Source: Bacteroidales bacterium
Lineage (GTDB): Bacteria > Bacteroidota > Bacteroidia > Bacteroidales > F082
DNA: 64,000 nucleotides
Assembly (NCBI GenBank): GCA_030683155.1
Contig: JAUXMV010000019.1
Location: 6,422-70,421 of the forward strand
Reading direction: 5' to 3'
Numbering within the stretch: position 1 is the first letter of the stretch; every line of letters starts with the position of its first letter. The notes below the pieces were generated by a model, which saw nothing but the letters and a program-made list of their open reading frames with translations, was not told where the DNA came from and ran no database searches. The translations under genes were made by a program, and so were the position numbers. Positions 10,549 through 19,649 of the stretch are shown piece by piece.

Positions 10549-10549
10549 G

Positions 10550-10687
10550 ATGAGCGCATTTGTTAAAGCCATTTTTGGTGTTTACGGGTTGGTTTTTATT
10601 GTTTTTATTGTTCAACTTGTTTTCTTAATTATTAAGCGACGAAAATCAAAGAAGGCTGAGACCTTTGAGAAAAGGGATAATTAGGTA
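10550..10687 (+). CDS. Possible small single-pass membrane protein (45 aa), absent from the ORF track
   Basis: The ATG follows 1 nt after the ybjQ stop codon (10546-10548). Sequence is MSAFVKAIFGVYGLVFIVFIVQLVFLIIKRRKSKKAETFEKRDN, one hydrophobic helix followed by a basic tail. Confidence 0.3.
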
Positions 10688-10846
10688 TATTAATGTATGT
10701 GGCTCAACTCAGATTTTTTGCTTTTTAACCTCTATGGTTCGTCATTCACCGTAAAATTGTTGTGACACATACCCTGAAAAACTACTTTTGATTCAGTTTT
10801 TTAATGAAATATTTCCACTGTAACCTACTTACAAATTAGTTGAATT

Positions 10847-11287
10847 ATGGAAACAAAAATTGATAAGTCAATAGAGCTAAAGGCCAAGCTTGTTCTAATC
10901 AACAGCAAGTTGCATTTCAACGGAATGGTCGACGGGAATCAACCCATCTCCATCGACTACATACCGCCCATTGGCGATGGCTTGGGCTACACTTCGCTGG
11001 AACTTTTGCTACTTAGCTTCTCCTCGTGTCTGGGTAGCGCTTTACTTACCTTTTTGCGCAGGATGCAGAAAAATATTGATGGTTTTGAGATAAATGCCAA
11101 CGGAGTCAGAAACACAGAGCATCCAACTGGATTTAAAACTATCACACTCGAGATTCTAATTAAATCGAATAACACAACAGATTCCGAAGTGAGCAAACTG
11201 ATCAAAATGGCCGAGGAAACATATTGTCCTGTTTGGGCAATGGTAAAAGGAAATGTGAAGGTTGAAACCGTGGTTGTAATTCAATAA
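10847..11287 (+). CDS. OsmC family protein
   Basis: 146 aa with two conserved Cys contexts (SSCLGSA and ETYCPVW). Confidence 0.8.
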   Translation: METKIDKSIELKAKLVLINSKLHFNGMVDGNQPISIDYIPPIGDGLGYTSLELLLLSFSSCLGSALLTFLRRMQKNIDGFEINANGVRNTEHPTGFKTITLEILIKSNNTTDSEVSKLIKMAEETYCPVWAMVKGNVKVETVVVIQ

Positions 11288-11291
11288 TTAT

Positions 11292-11804
11292 ATGAAAGGT
11301 AAACAAGAAATAGCCGAAACGGCCGCCGTGTGTGGTCTTTACTGCGGTGCTTGTGGAATATACATTGCCACCCAGGAAAACGATACTGCTAAACTGGAAT
11401 ATTATGCAAAGATGATGAGCCAAACCATCGACGAGACCCTATGCAATGGGTGTCGATCAAGCGTAGTAACTGCATATTGCAAGAAATGCAAATTCACAAA
11501 ATGCGCAGCCGAAAAGGACATTGGTTTTTGTGGCGAATGTAACGAGTACCCTTGTGCCGGACTAAAAGATTTTCAGACAATGATGCCCCACCGGGCCGAA
11601 CTATGGGAGTCGCAGGAAAGAATTAAGGAAGTTGGCTGGGAGAAGTGGATCAGCGAAAGACACAAATACTTCTCATGCAAGCAGTGCAACACCGTAAATA
11701 CTTCATATGATATGAACTGCAGGAAATGCGGAGCTACTCCAGGAAATGAGTTTGTTAGAAATAATCAGGTGGCAATACTTCAGTTTTTCGCAAAAAGAGA
11801 ATAA
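11292..11804 (+). CDS. DUF3795-type cysteine-rich protein
   Basis: Has CGLYCGACGIY at the N-terminus and several further CxxC pairs. Confidence 0.75.
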   Translation: MKGKQEIAETAAVCGLYCGACGIYIATQENDTAKLEYYAKMMSQTIDETLCNGCRSSVVTAYCKKCKFTKCAAEKDIGFCGECNEYPCAGLKDFQTMMPHRAELWESQERIKEVGWEKWISERHKYFSCKQCNTVNTSYDMNCRKCGATPGNEFVRNNQVAILQFFAKRE

Positions 11805-11844
11805 CCGTTTAAGAAGTTAGTTTAAAGCAAATTTGAGTAAACCA

Positions 11845-12261
11845 ATGAATAAAAGAATAGCTTTTAGCAAGTTTCTCCGATACACCCTTGGCACATTATT
11901 GGCCTTTCTTGCCCTAAACGCCTTTGGAGGCGGTTACTACGGAATTAGTGGAGCCGAAGGTGTTTCGCTTGAACTCCTTGACGGGAGTCCTTTCGAAAGT
12001 TTTTTAATCCCAAGTCTCATACTTTTTATTGTAGTTGGAGGGTCGGCACTTTTTGCTTCCATAGCTGTTTTTGCTAAATCAAAGTATGCCCGAATGGCAT
12101 CGTTTGCCAATGTACTCATTGTATTTGGATGGCTAAGCGTTCAGGTTGCAATAATAGGTTATATTTCGTGGATGCAACCCGCAACGGCATCATTAGCTCT
12201 GGTTATACTTGTGCTTACCTGGTTTTTGCCAAAACGACAATTTGTATCAAGATATTTTTGA
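11845..12261 (+). CDS. Hypothetical membrane protein
   Basis: Four hydrophobic helices. The ATG at 11845 is preferred over the TTG at 11833. Confidence 0.6.
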   Translation: MNKRIAFSKFLRYTLGTLLAFLALNAFGGGYYGISGAEGVSLELLDGSPFESFLIPSLILFIVVGGSALFASIAVFAKSKYARMASFANVLIVFGWLSVQVAIIGYISWMQPATASLALVILVLTWFLPKRQFVSRYF

Positions 12262-12277
12262 AAAATTTTTTCAAACT

Positions 12278-12631
12278 ATGGAAAACATGAATAGCATCCT
12301 CTTTCAAACCATCAATTGGGATTTGGTTCCTAAAACCGAACATGTGGGCGAAACAGGTGTTGCCCATTGGCAAACCTTTCAGTTGCCAGGGTTAAGGATT
12401 CGAATTGTTGAGTACTCCAGCGGCTATTTAGCCGACCATTGGTGTAAAAAGGGTCACATTGTGCATTGCCTCGAAGGGGATTTCGTAAGCGAATTACAAA
12501 CTGGCGAAAAATTAACCCTTACAAAAGGAATGACTTATGTGGTTTCCGACGATCTAAGCTCTCATCGTTCTTCAACCCAAAAAGGAGTTAAACTTCTGAT
12601 AATTGACGGCGATTTATTAAAATTGAAGTAA
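12278..12631 (+). CDS. DHCW-motif cupin fold protein
   Basis: Carries DHWCKKGHIVHCLEG. The ATG at 12278 avoids overlap with the upstream gene. Confidence 0.75.
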   Translation: MENMNSILFQTINWDLVPKTEHVGETGVAHWQTFQLPGLRIRIVEYSSGYLADHWCKKGHIVHCLEGDFVSELQTGEKLTLTKGMTYVVSDDLSSHRSSTQKGVKLLIIDGDLLKLK

Positions 12632-12662
12632 TTATTGATCACTTATATAAAACTTTTAAACT

Positions 12663-13154
12663 ATGAAAAAATCTTCTCTGTCTCCCTTAGGACTCGATCC
12701 ACGTGGTGTGGGGCCATTTTTAATAATTTCGGCTTTACCTTTTGTTATTGCAGGAGTCGTTTTAAGCTATTGGCAACCACAATTAGCAATAATTCCTATA
12801 TCCTTTAGCATTTTCATAAGATTGGTTGGTCTTACTTTTCTAATTGCTGGGAGTGTAATTTGGATTGCAGCAATTGCGCAGTTCGCTATTGGTTTTAAAA
12901 AGGGATTATTGATAACCAATGGTATTTTTGCTCTTTCCCGAAATCCTATCTATGCAAGTTGGTTTGTTCTCATTCTACCCGGATTATTCCTGTTCTATTC
13001 GAACTTTTGGTTTTTGCTCGCTGCAATTGCCATGTTTGTTGCGTTTAAAATGAAAATTAAAAAGGAAGAGGAGTGCTTAAAAAATGTTTTTGGCAGCATT
13101 TTCATAGAGTATTGTGAAAAAGTGGGCAGGGTGTGCAGTTTCCCAAAGAAATAA
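12663..13154 (+). CDS. Isoprenylcysteine carboxyl methyltransferase-like membrane protein
   Basis: Multi-pass membrane protein with an RNPIYASW motif. Confidence 0.65.
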   Translation: MKKSSLSPLGLDPRGVGPFLIISALPFVIAGVVLSYWQPQLAIIPISFSIFIRLVGLTFLIAGSVIWIAAIAQFAIGFKKGLLITNGIFALSRNPIYASWFVLILPGLFLFYSNFWFLLAAIAMFVAFKMKIKKEEECLKNVFGSIFIEYCEKVGRVCSFPKK

Positions 13155-13161
13155 AGAGCAA

Positions 13162-13515
13162 ATGGATAAACTCGAAAGTATTCTTTTAAAGTGCTGGAGT
13201 ATTAAAACAAGCAGCAAATGGACCTCCGCAAATCCCTATTTAGGGCAGTGCGGAGTATCCGCATTGGTTGTTTACGAGCTATTTGGAGGCCAAATCCTAA
13301 AAACCAGGATTAATCATCAATGGCACTACTACAATTCTATAAACTCAATACGCTACGATTTCACCCAAAAGCAATTCGGTTTAGAACCCTGCTATAGCGA
13401 TATTTCATCGAATTGTGAAGAAGCCTTTACGGACACCAATGAGGAACAGTTCATTGAATTAAAAAGCAAGTTTTCACAATTGCTGAATGAGCAAGCTGAA
13501 AAAAAACTTCTCTAA
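13162..13515 (+). CDS. Hypothetical protein (YunG-like)
   Basis: Has a WTSANPYLGQCGVSALVV segment. The ATG at 13162 is preferred. Confidence 0.55.
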   Translation: MDKLESILLKCWSIKTSSKWTSANPYLGQCGVSALVVYELFGGQILKTRINHQWHYYNSINSIRYDFTQKQFGLEPCYSDISSNCEEAFTDTNEEQFIELKSKFSQLLNEQAEKKLL

Positions 13516-13614
13516 TACCCCAGCAAAAAAAAATATTTTTAGATTGTAAATCTCTATCGTTAAATAGTAAAAGGTTCCTGACATAGATTTGAAAATTTAT
13601 TCAATAAGCGAAAA

Positions 13615-14682
13615 ATGAAACTTAAAGCTTTTGGCTACACTGAGCATATCGAACAATATAGGTTGGAAAACAACCTGACAAATTTTGATATTGGGCGTGT
13701 AGTTTCTGTAAATAAAGAAAGATATATTGTTATTACGGAAAAGGGTGAATTTGAATCCGAGATAACAGGGAATTTGCGGTTTTCAGCAAAAAATCGTGAA
13801 GATTTTCCAGCAGTAGGCGATTGGGTTGCACTAACAATTTATGAACCTGATTTTTCGATAATTCACAGAATACTGCCCCGATTCTCAATAATTTCACGAC
13901 AGGCTGTTGGACAATTCGGCGAAATTCAAATAATAGCTGCAAATATTGATTATGCTCTTTTGGTGCAAGCTATTGACCGTGATTTTAATATCAACAGGTT
14001 TGAACGATACCTCACCATTTGCTACGCATCGAAAGTAAACCCGGTAATCGTGCTTACAAAAACTGATTTGATAAACGATGAAAAGCTATCAGAAATAACT
14101 GATGAGATTCGTCAACGGATTAAAAATGTACCGGTTATTGCCATCAGCAACGAAACTCAGGACGGATACGAAACGCTTAAAAAAACCATTGAAAAAGAAA
14201 AGACATACTGTCTGCTTGGTTCTTCAGGAGTTGGAAAATCAACACTGGCAAATAATCTTTCGGGCAGAACCATTATGCGGACTGATTCAATCAGCGACAG
14301 CACAAACAAAGGCAGGCACGTAACAAGCCATAGGGAAATGATTTTGCTTCAAAATGGCGGAATTCTGATTGATAATCCGGGAATGAGGGAGGTTGGAATT
14401 GCTGATTCATCCGGTGGTTTGGAAATTACATTCGACAGGATTTTCAGTCTTTCCAAAAATTGTAAGTTCAAAGATTGCACCCACATCAGTGAAATTGGGT
14501 GTTCGGTTCTTGAAGCCGTTGAAAATGGTATAATAGACAAAAGCTCCTATGAAAACTACCTTAAAATAGAAAGAGAAAAAACGCATTTTGAGGCAACAAT
14601 AGCTGAAAAAAGAAACCGTGACAAACAATTTGGTAAAATGATGAAGAACTATAAAAAGGATATGAAGAAGTATAAAAGTTAA
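13615..14682 (+). CDS. rsgA: Ribosome small subunit-dependent GTPase A
   Basis: Circularly permuted GTPase with LTKTDL, GSSGVGKSTL and the zinc motif CKFKDCTHISEIGC. Confidence 0.9.
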   Translation: MKLKAFGYTEHIEQYRLENNLTNFDIGRVVSVNKERYIVITEKGEFESEITGNLRFSAKNREDFPAVGDWVALTIYEPDFSIIHRILPRFSIISRQAVGQFGEIQIIAANIDYALLVQAIDRDFNINRFERYLTICYASKVNPVIVLTKTDLINDEKLSEITDEIRQRIKNVPVIAISNETQDGYETLKKTIEKEKTYCLLGSSGVGKSTLANNLSGRTIMRTDSISDSTNKGRHVTSHREMILLQNGGILIDNPGMREVGIADSSGGLEITFDRIFSLSKNCKFKDCTHISEIGCSVLEAVENGIIDKSSYENYLKIEREKTHFEATIAEKRNRDKQFGKMMKNYKKDMKKYKS

Positions 14683-14779
14683 TACAACACATTAAGCGAA
14701 AAAGCTGGATGCCAAAATCAATCTTTATTCGAACCGGAGCTCACGGATTTATTTATAACGACAGTGCATTCTTTTCAGT

Positions 14780-15003
14780 TTTCTATAAGCAAGGTTATGG
14801 GTGTTTTGGTTCACAATTGGGCATGCCTGACCAGCTCACAACGAGCCCACAGGCAATCTGTTTCTAGACCAGAAAAGAAAGCCTGGATTTATAAAGCCTA
14901 TTCAAAAACAAATCGATAAATTTGACCTGACTACCAATGACATGCAAATTAGTAAATTGTAAATTACATGAATACAATTAGTTATGGAAACGTTAGTCAG
15001 AAT
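14780..15003 (+). repeat. Non-coding element A, copy 1
   Basis: By hand alignment, about 160 of about 178 core positions (14827-15003) match the reverse complement of 60020-60197. Weaker similarity extends to about 14780. Confidence 0.85.
14917..14924 (+). promoter_or_regulatory. Candidate -7 promoter box TAAATTTG inside element A
   Basis: Matches TAnnTTTG. It is conserved in both A copies and points toward the downstream cargo gene in both. Confidence 0.3.
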
Positions 15004-15109
15004 TACAGAAAACCTTATCACATACCAGACACCTTCATCCAAAAAATAAATTCTATCTACTGTGATTTTTTGGGGACTTCTTACACTAATCAGATGAAGA
15101 TTGATTTCA

Positions 15110-15601
15110 ATGGATAAAAAAAGCCGATTTATAAAAGTTATTAAACAGAACGAAGGACTGATTTTTAAAGTAGCTACACTTTATACAAACAGTCTTCAAG
15201 ACAAAGAAGACCTGTATCAGGAAATCGTCTTCCAGCTTTGGAAATCGTTCGACACATTCAATGAACAATCGAAATTAAGCACTTGGATGTATCGGGTGGC
15301 TATGAATACGGCTATCTATAATTTAAAGAGTGCTAAAAGACAAATAAACACTATTTCAATTGATACAGAAACAGAGTGGTTTGTTGACATAGTAGATAAA
15401 TCGGAAGAGGAAAGCATAAGACTGCTTTATGAAAGTATCCAAAGACTAAACCTACTGGAAAGAGGTATCGTTCTGCTTTACCTTGAAGGAAAAAGCCATC
15501 AGGAAATAGCTGAAATTGTTGGCATAACAATCAGTAACGTGGGCACAAAGATTTCACGAATCAAGGAGAAACTTAAATTTCAAATCATTAAAAAACAATA
15601 A
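15110..15601 (+). CDS. ECF-type RNA polymerase sigma-70 factor
   Basis: Region 2 is DLYQEIVFQLWKSF. The region 4 HTH is HQEIAEIVGITISNVGTKISRIKEKL. Confidence 0.9.
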   Translation: MDKKSRFIKVIKQNEGLIFKVATLYTNSLQDKEDLYQEIVFQLWKSFDTFNEQSKLSTWMYRVAMNTAIYNLKSAKRQINTISIDTETEWFVDIVDKSEEESIRLLYESIQRLNLLERGIVLLYLEGKSHQEIAEIVGITISNVGTKISRIKEKLKFQIIKKQ

Positions 15602-15603
15602 TT

Positions 15604-16197
15604 ATGGAACTGGAAGAAATGAGAAATGCGTGGCAAGAAATGAGTAAGCGGGTAGAAAAACAAGAATTTCTAACCAAACAAGTCGTTGAAAAAATGACGA
15701 CTGATAGATACAATTCTAAATTGAATAAAATTGGCATATCAGAATACATAGGCACTATAATATGCTATATAGGGGCTGCCTATTTAATAATTAATTTCAC
15801 AAAAATAGATGACACCTTGATGCAGGTCTTTGCTCTCGTTGCCATTTTGTTACTTTTTATTCTGCCCATTATTTCACTCAAATCGTTACGTGCGATGAAA
15901 AATGTAAACATCCCATCCAAAAGCTATTTGGAAACTATTGAGGATTTTGCGAAACGAAAAATCAGATTCCAAAAACTTCAAAAACTGAATGTTTCACTCG
16001 GTTTGTTTCTAATGCTTGTGGCAATCCCAGTACTATCAGCTGTGCAGGGTAAAGACATTGGTCAAATACCCTACTTTTGGACATTGATTTTCCCAATATC
16101 AATTGCATTTTTCTTGGCATTTGCCTATTGGGTACTGCGGTCGTACAACAAAATATTGAATGAAACGGAAAAAATGCTTTCCGACATCAACAACTAA
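15604..16197 (+). CDS. Hypothetical membrane protein, possible anti-sigma partner
   Basis: Starts 2 nt after the sigma gene stop. It has four hydrophobic helices. No family was recognised. Confidence 0.55.
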   Translation: MELEEMRNAWQEMSKRVEKQEFLTKQVVEKMTTDRYNSKLNKIGISEYIGTIICYIGAAYLIINFTKIDDTLMQVFALVAILLLFILPIISLKSLRAMKNVNIPSKSYLETIEDFAKRKIRFQKLQKLNVSLGLFLMLVAIPVLSAVQGKDIGQIPYFWTLIFPISIAFFLAFAYWVLRSYNKILNETEKMLSDINN

Positions 16198-16274
16198 CAA
16201 TCTAAACCAATATACTTTTCAAAACGGCAGAAAATATCTGCAACAGGATAGCTATGCCCTAAACAAACTAAACT

Positions 16275-17669
16275 ATGAAAAAAATACTTGCAATTTTAAG
16301 CCTCCTATTAATTACTACTTCCGGATTTTCTCAGGAATTGGAGGGAGTATGGAACGGAAACCTTGAAGTTCAATCAGGAAGAAAATTATTATTCATTTTC
16401 CAGATTTCTAAAACTGCTGACAAACTGGAATCTGAAATTGCAATCCCAAGCCAAGGCGTAAAAGGTATCAAGCCGACCCTGACAACTTTCGAAGATAATA
16501 CACTTTTCATTGATGCTTCAAATGTAGGGTTCAAATATACCGGCAAATGGAATGATACTTCAGGAAATATTGAAGGCACATTCCAAGAAGGGGTAAATAA
16601 AGTTCCTTTGGTACTTACTAAAGAAATCATTGAAGAAGTGAAACTAAACAGACCTCAAGAACCAATCAAGCCGTATCCATATCAGGAAGAGGAGGTAAAG
16701 TTTGAAAATCAAAGGGACAAAATGACCCTTGCAGGCACATTAACCCTTCCAAGACCATCAGGCAAAAAACCACCAGTGGTAATATTGATATCAGGAAGTG
16801 GTGCGCAAGACAGGGACGAATCCTTTGCCGGTCACAAGCCGTTTTTGGTTCTATCGGATTATCTTACCCGTAACGGAATTGCGGTTTTGCGATATGATGA
16901 CAGAGGATTTGGTGAATCTACAGGTAATTTTGCAGAAGGCACTACCGCAGATTTTGCTACGGATGTATTGAGTGCCATCGATTTTTTAAGAAACAGAACA
17001 GATATTGACACCAAAAAAATTGGTTTGGTAGGGCATAGTGAAGGCGCCATCATAGCTCCTATGGTAGCTAACCAATCAAAAGAGGTCGCCTTTATTGTAA
17101 TGCTGGCCGGAACAGGAACAGCAGGAAAAGAGGTATCACTGACCCAAGCGGTAGATTATCGGAATTTTCCAGTAGCTAATGAGAAGCAATATGAAGCCTA
17201 TGTAAAAAGAGCTATCGAAATAGCATCATCTGAAAAGAAAACAGACATAGTTAAGGTGGAGTTGACAGCGTTTTATCAAAATTCAGAAATACTAACATCA
17301 CTTCTCCCACCCAATGTGGATAAAGATGAATTTATCGAAAATCTTGTGTCCACCAGAACCACACCCTGGATCAGGTATTTTTATAATTACAATCCTGCCA
17401 ATGAAATCAGGAAAATCAAAATACCTGCATTGGCATTATATGGAAGTAATGACACCCAAGTACCATCAAAATATCATTTGGAGCCTGTTAAAGATGCATT
17501 GGCCGAAAGTAAATCCAAAAAATATGAAGTAGTTTTGCTGGAAGGTTTAAATCATTTATTTCAGGAAAGTAAAACAGGTCGTATTTCTGAGTATGCCCAA
17601 ATTGAACAAACATTTGCTCCCGAAGCACTGGAAATAATTGGTGGTTGGATTTTAAAACAAACCAGATAG
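16275..17669 (+). CDS. Secreted alpha/beta hydrolase
   Basis: Has a signal peptide, the GHSEGA nucleophile elbow and a lipocalin-like N-terminal region. Confidence 0.8.
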   Translation: MKKILAILSLLLITTSGFSQELEGVWNGNLEVQSGRKLLFIFQISKTADKLESEIAIPSQGVKGIKPTLTTFEDNTLFIDASNVGFKYTGKWNDTSGNIEGTFQEGVNKVPLVLTKEIIEEVKLNRPQEPIKPYPYQEEEVKFENQRDKMTLAGTLTLPRPSGKKPPVVILISGSGAQDRDESFAGHKPFLVLSDYLTRNGIAVLRYDDRGFGESTGNFAEGTTADFATDVLSAIDFLRNRTDIDTKKIGLVGHSEGAIIAPMVANQSKEVAFIVMLAGTGTAGKEVSLTQAVDYRNFPVANEKQYEAYVKRAIEIASSEKKTDIVKVELTAFYQNSEILTSLLPPNVDKDEFIENLVSTRTTPWIRYFYNYNPANEIRKIKIPALALYGSNDTQVPSKYHLEPVKDALAESKSKKYEVVLLEGLNHLFQESKTGRISEYAQIEQTFAPEALEIIGGWILKQTR

Positions 17670-17677
17670 GTTGTGTT

Positions 17678-18040
17678 ATGAAAATAAACTTAGAAGAAAA
17701 ATTCGCGAAAATAGCTAATCACTGGCATCCCTACATTATAGGGGAGCTTAACGAAAACTTTGTTAAGTTAGCAAAACTTAAAGGAGAATTGGTTTGGCAC
17801 AGTCATCAGGAAGAAGATGAAATGTTTGTTGTACTTAGTGGCATATTGATGATGGACTTTAGAGATGGGAAGACAATTTCTACTGAATCAGGAGAAATAT
17901 TGATAGTACCAAAAGGAGTAGAACACAGACCTTGGACTAATGGAGAAGAAGTAATGGTAATGCTTATCGAACCTAAAACTACCCAGCATACTGGAGAACT
18001 TAAAGTATCACAAACTATTGAAAAATTAGAATGGATTTGA
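17678..18040 (+). CDS. Cupin domain protein
   Basis: Cupin motifs are WHSHQEEDEMFVV and VPKGVEHRP. The ATG is at 17678. Confidence 0.8.
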   Translation: MKINLEEKFAKIANHWHPYIIGELNENFVKLAKLKGELVWHSHQEEDEMFVVLSGILMMDFRDGKTISTESGEILIVPKGVEHRPWTNGEEVMVMLIEPKTTQHTGELKVSQTIEKLEWI

Positions 18041-18066
18041 AGGGAGAGGCAAAAGTAACAGCTGGC

Positions 18067-18162
18067 AACACTAAGTCGAATAGCCAAAAAGCCAAAAAAA
18101 AAGAGCCATTATACCGCTGAGGTGTAATGGCTTTTTGGTCTATTCGCTGTTCAGCGAAACCC
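18067..18162 (+). repeat. Non-coding element B, copy 1 (imperfect palindrome)
   Basis: A 26-nt exact match links 18116-18141 to the reverse complement of 58363-58388, with flanking similarity. The arms AGTCGAATAGCCAAAAAGCC and GGCTTTTTGGTCTATTCGCT are complementary apart from bulged bases. Confidence 0.85.
18105..18136 (+). terminator. Rho-independent terminator candidate
   Basis: An 11-bp stem (GCCATTATACC / GGTGTAATGGC, one GT pair) closes the loop GCTGA and is followed by TTTTT. It lies downstream of the cupin gene. Confidence 0.55.
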
Positions 18163-18184
18163 GTAGTTGGGCTTCAGCTACATC

Positions 18185-18370
18185 ATGACCAAGAAAACAA
18201 TCAAAAGCACCTCAGCCGATGTGGGCTTGAAAGAACATTTCATGGAGATTCTTACATCATCAGGCCTGGCAGCCAACTTTGCAGGCATGATGTACGCTTT
18301 GCTTTATACACCGCTACTTTTTTTTCCGGCATTGGCATTATTCAAACCTAAGATATTCATAAAACTATAA
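18185..18370 (+). CDS. Possible small membrane protein (61 aa)
   Basis: The ORF MTKKTIKSTS...LLYTPLLFFPALALF has a hydrophobic C-terminus. No homology was recognised. Confidence 0.25.
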   Translation: MTKKTIKSTSADVGLKEHFMEILTSSGLAANFAGMMYALLYTPLLFFPALALFKPKIFIKL

Positions 18371-18430
18371 GTTGCACGGATGCTTTCAGACATCAGGTTT
18401 TTTGGGTTTTATCCGACCGTAATAAGTGGA

Positions 18431-19600
18431 TCATGTTGTTTTATCCTTTCCAAGCCATGTAGCTTTGTGCCATAATCCCTCAAGTGGTCCATGCCTGTGA
18501 TTTTTGGCCCAGTACCTGCAAAAAAAGACAAAAATCAGAGTTAGTGAAATGCCAATCAATAAACTGTAAGTTGCACCGGTATGTTTGTACAGCCCCAGAC
18601 CAAATCCGTAATACAGGTAGGCGCCGGCAACAGATTGCATGATGTAGTTGGTCAGGCTCATCCGACCCATCGGAGAAAAGAAATTCAGCAAAACACGAAT
18701 ACTGTTGTGGTAAAAAAGAAGTGTAAATCCTGAAACCAGAACCAATGTAAAAGCCAGATTTGACCAGCTTTTAACCAACAAATCAATTGATTGTAAGCTT
18801 GCCGGATCTTTTACCCATGTTGCCAGATTTTTCTGAAAGATGAAAAGGAACGTAAAAGATAGTGTAGAAAACAACAAAGCTTTTGCCCACAATTTTTTGT
18901 TTTTCGTATTGGGTGTAAACACTCCTTTTCGCCCCGCCAGCATTCCGAGCAGAAAAAGCGCCAGAATAATGAAATACCTGCCATTTTCAAAATTCCAGAG
19001 CAGTACAGCCCATTTTCCATTGGTCAGGTTGCCTTTTGCTGCGTCCAAAAAAGAACTGTTCATCAGGTAAGAGCCCATTTGACCAAAATATGCCCAGGAA
19101 GCTGGGTCTGAAACCGGCAGTCCGGGATGAAGGAGTGCTTCGATAAGTTTATAGATCTCAATGGGCTGCAAAAGCAAAATTACTGAAACTGCCAGCAATT
19201 GTTTATTGCTCAATCGCGACAGGGGAATCAGAAAGAATCCCAGAATAGCATAAATCGACAATATGTCTCCCTGATAGAAAACCGAATTAATGAGTCCAAA
19301 CAATAACAAAAGCGTCATTCTCCAGGCAAACCTGCCACTGAAACCCTTGCCTTTTTTTGCTTGATTGTCTGACTGGATAAAGAACGTAAGCCCAAAAAGC
19401 AAAGCAAATAGGGCAAAGGCTTTTCCTCCAAACAAAAAGAAAACTGAACTCCAGATTGCACCATCAAGCGTCTTTATCCATTCGGGCAGGCTCTCAGGAA
19501 AATAATACAGGTCAAAATGCTCGATATTGTGCAGCAACATAATGGCCGCTACGGCAAAACCGCGAAGGGCATCCACAACTTCGAGTCTTGGCTTTTGCAT
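18431..19600 (-). CDS. DUF418/YeiB-like membrane protein
   Basis: Multi-pass protein with the N-terminal VDALRGFAVAAIMLLHNIEHF typical of the family. Confidence 0.8.
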   Translation of the reverse strand: MQKPRLEVVDALRGFAVAAIMLLHNIEHFDLYYFPESLPEWIKTLDGAIWSSVFFLFGGKAFALFALLFGLTFFIQSDNQAKKGKGFSGRFAWRMTLLLLFGLINSVFYQGDILSIYAILGFFLIPLSRLSNKQLLAVSVILLLQPIEIYKLIEALLHPGLPVSDPASWAYFGQMGSYLMNSSFLDAAKGNLTNGKWAVLLWNFENGRYFIILALFLLGMLAGRKGVFTPNTKNKKLWAKALLFSTLSFTFLFIFQKNLATWVKDPASLQSIDLLVKSWSNLAFTLVLVSGFTLLFYHNSIRVLLNFFSPMGRMSLTNYIMQSVAGAYLYYGFGLGLYKHTGATYSLLIGISLTLIFVFFCRYWAKNHRHGPLEGLWHKATWLGKDKTT

Positions 19601-19649
19601 TTGATGTAAATGTTTTTATACTAGGTGGTTAGCATAAAGCAAGTGCCAT

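Noticed and set aside
18127-18351. 74-aa ORF starting inside the terminator hairpin
   Set aside because: The start codon is part of the element B stem. The alternative-frame 61-aa ORF (18185-18370) is slightly more plausible and is listed with low confidence.
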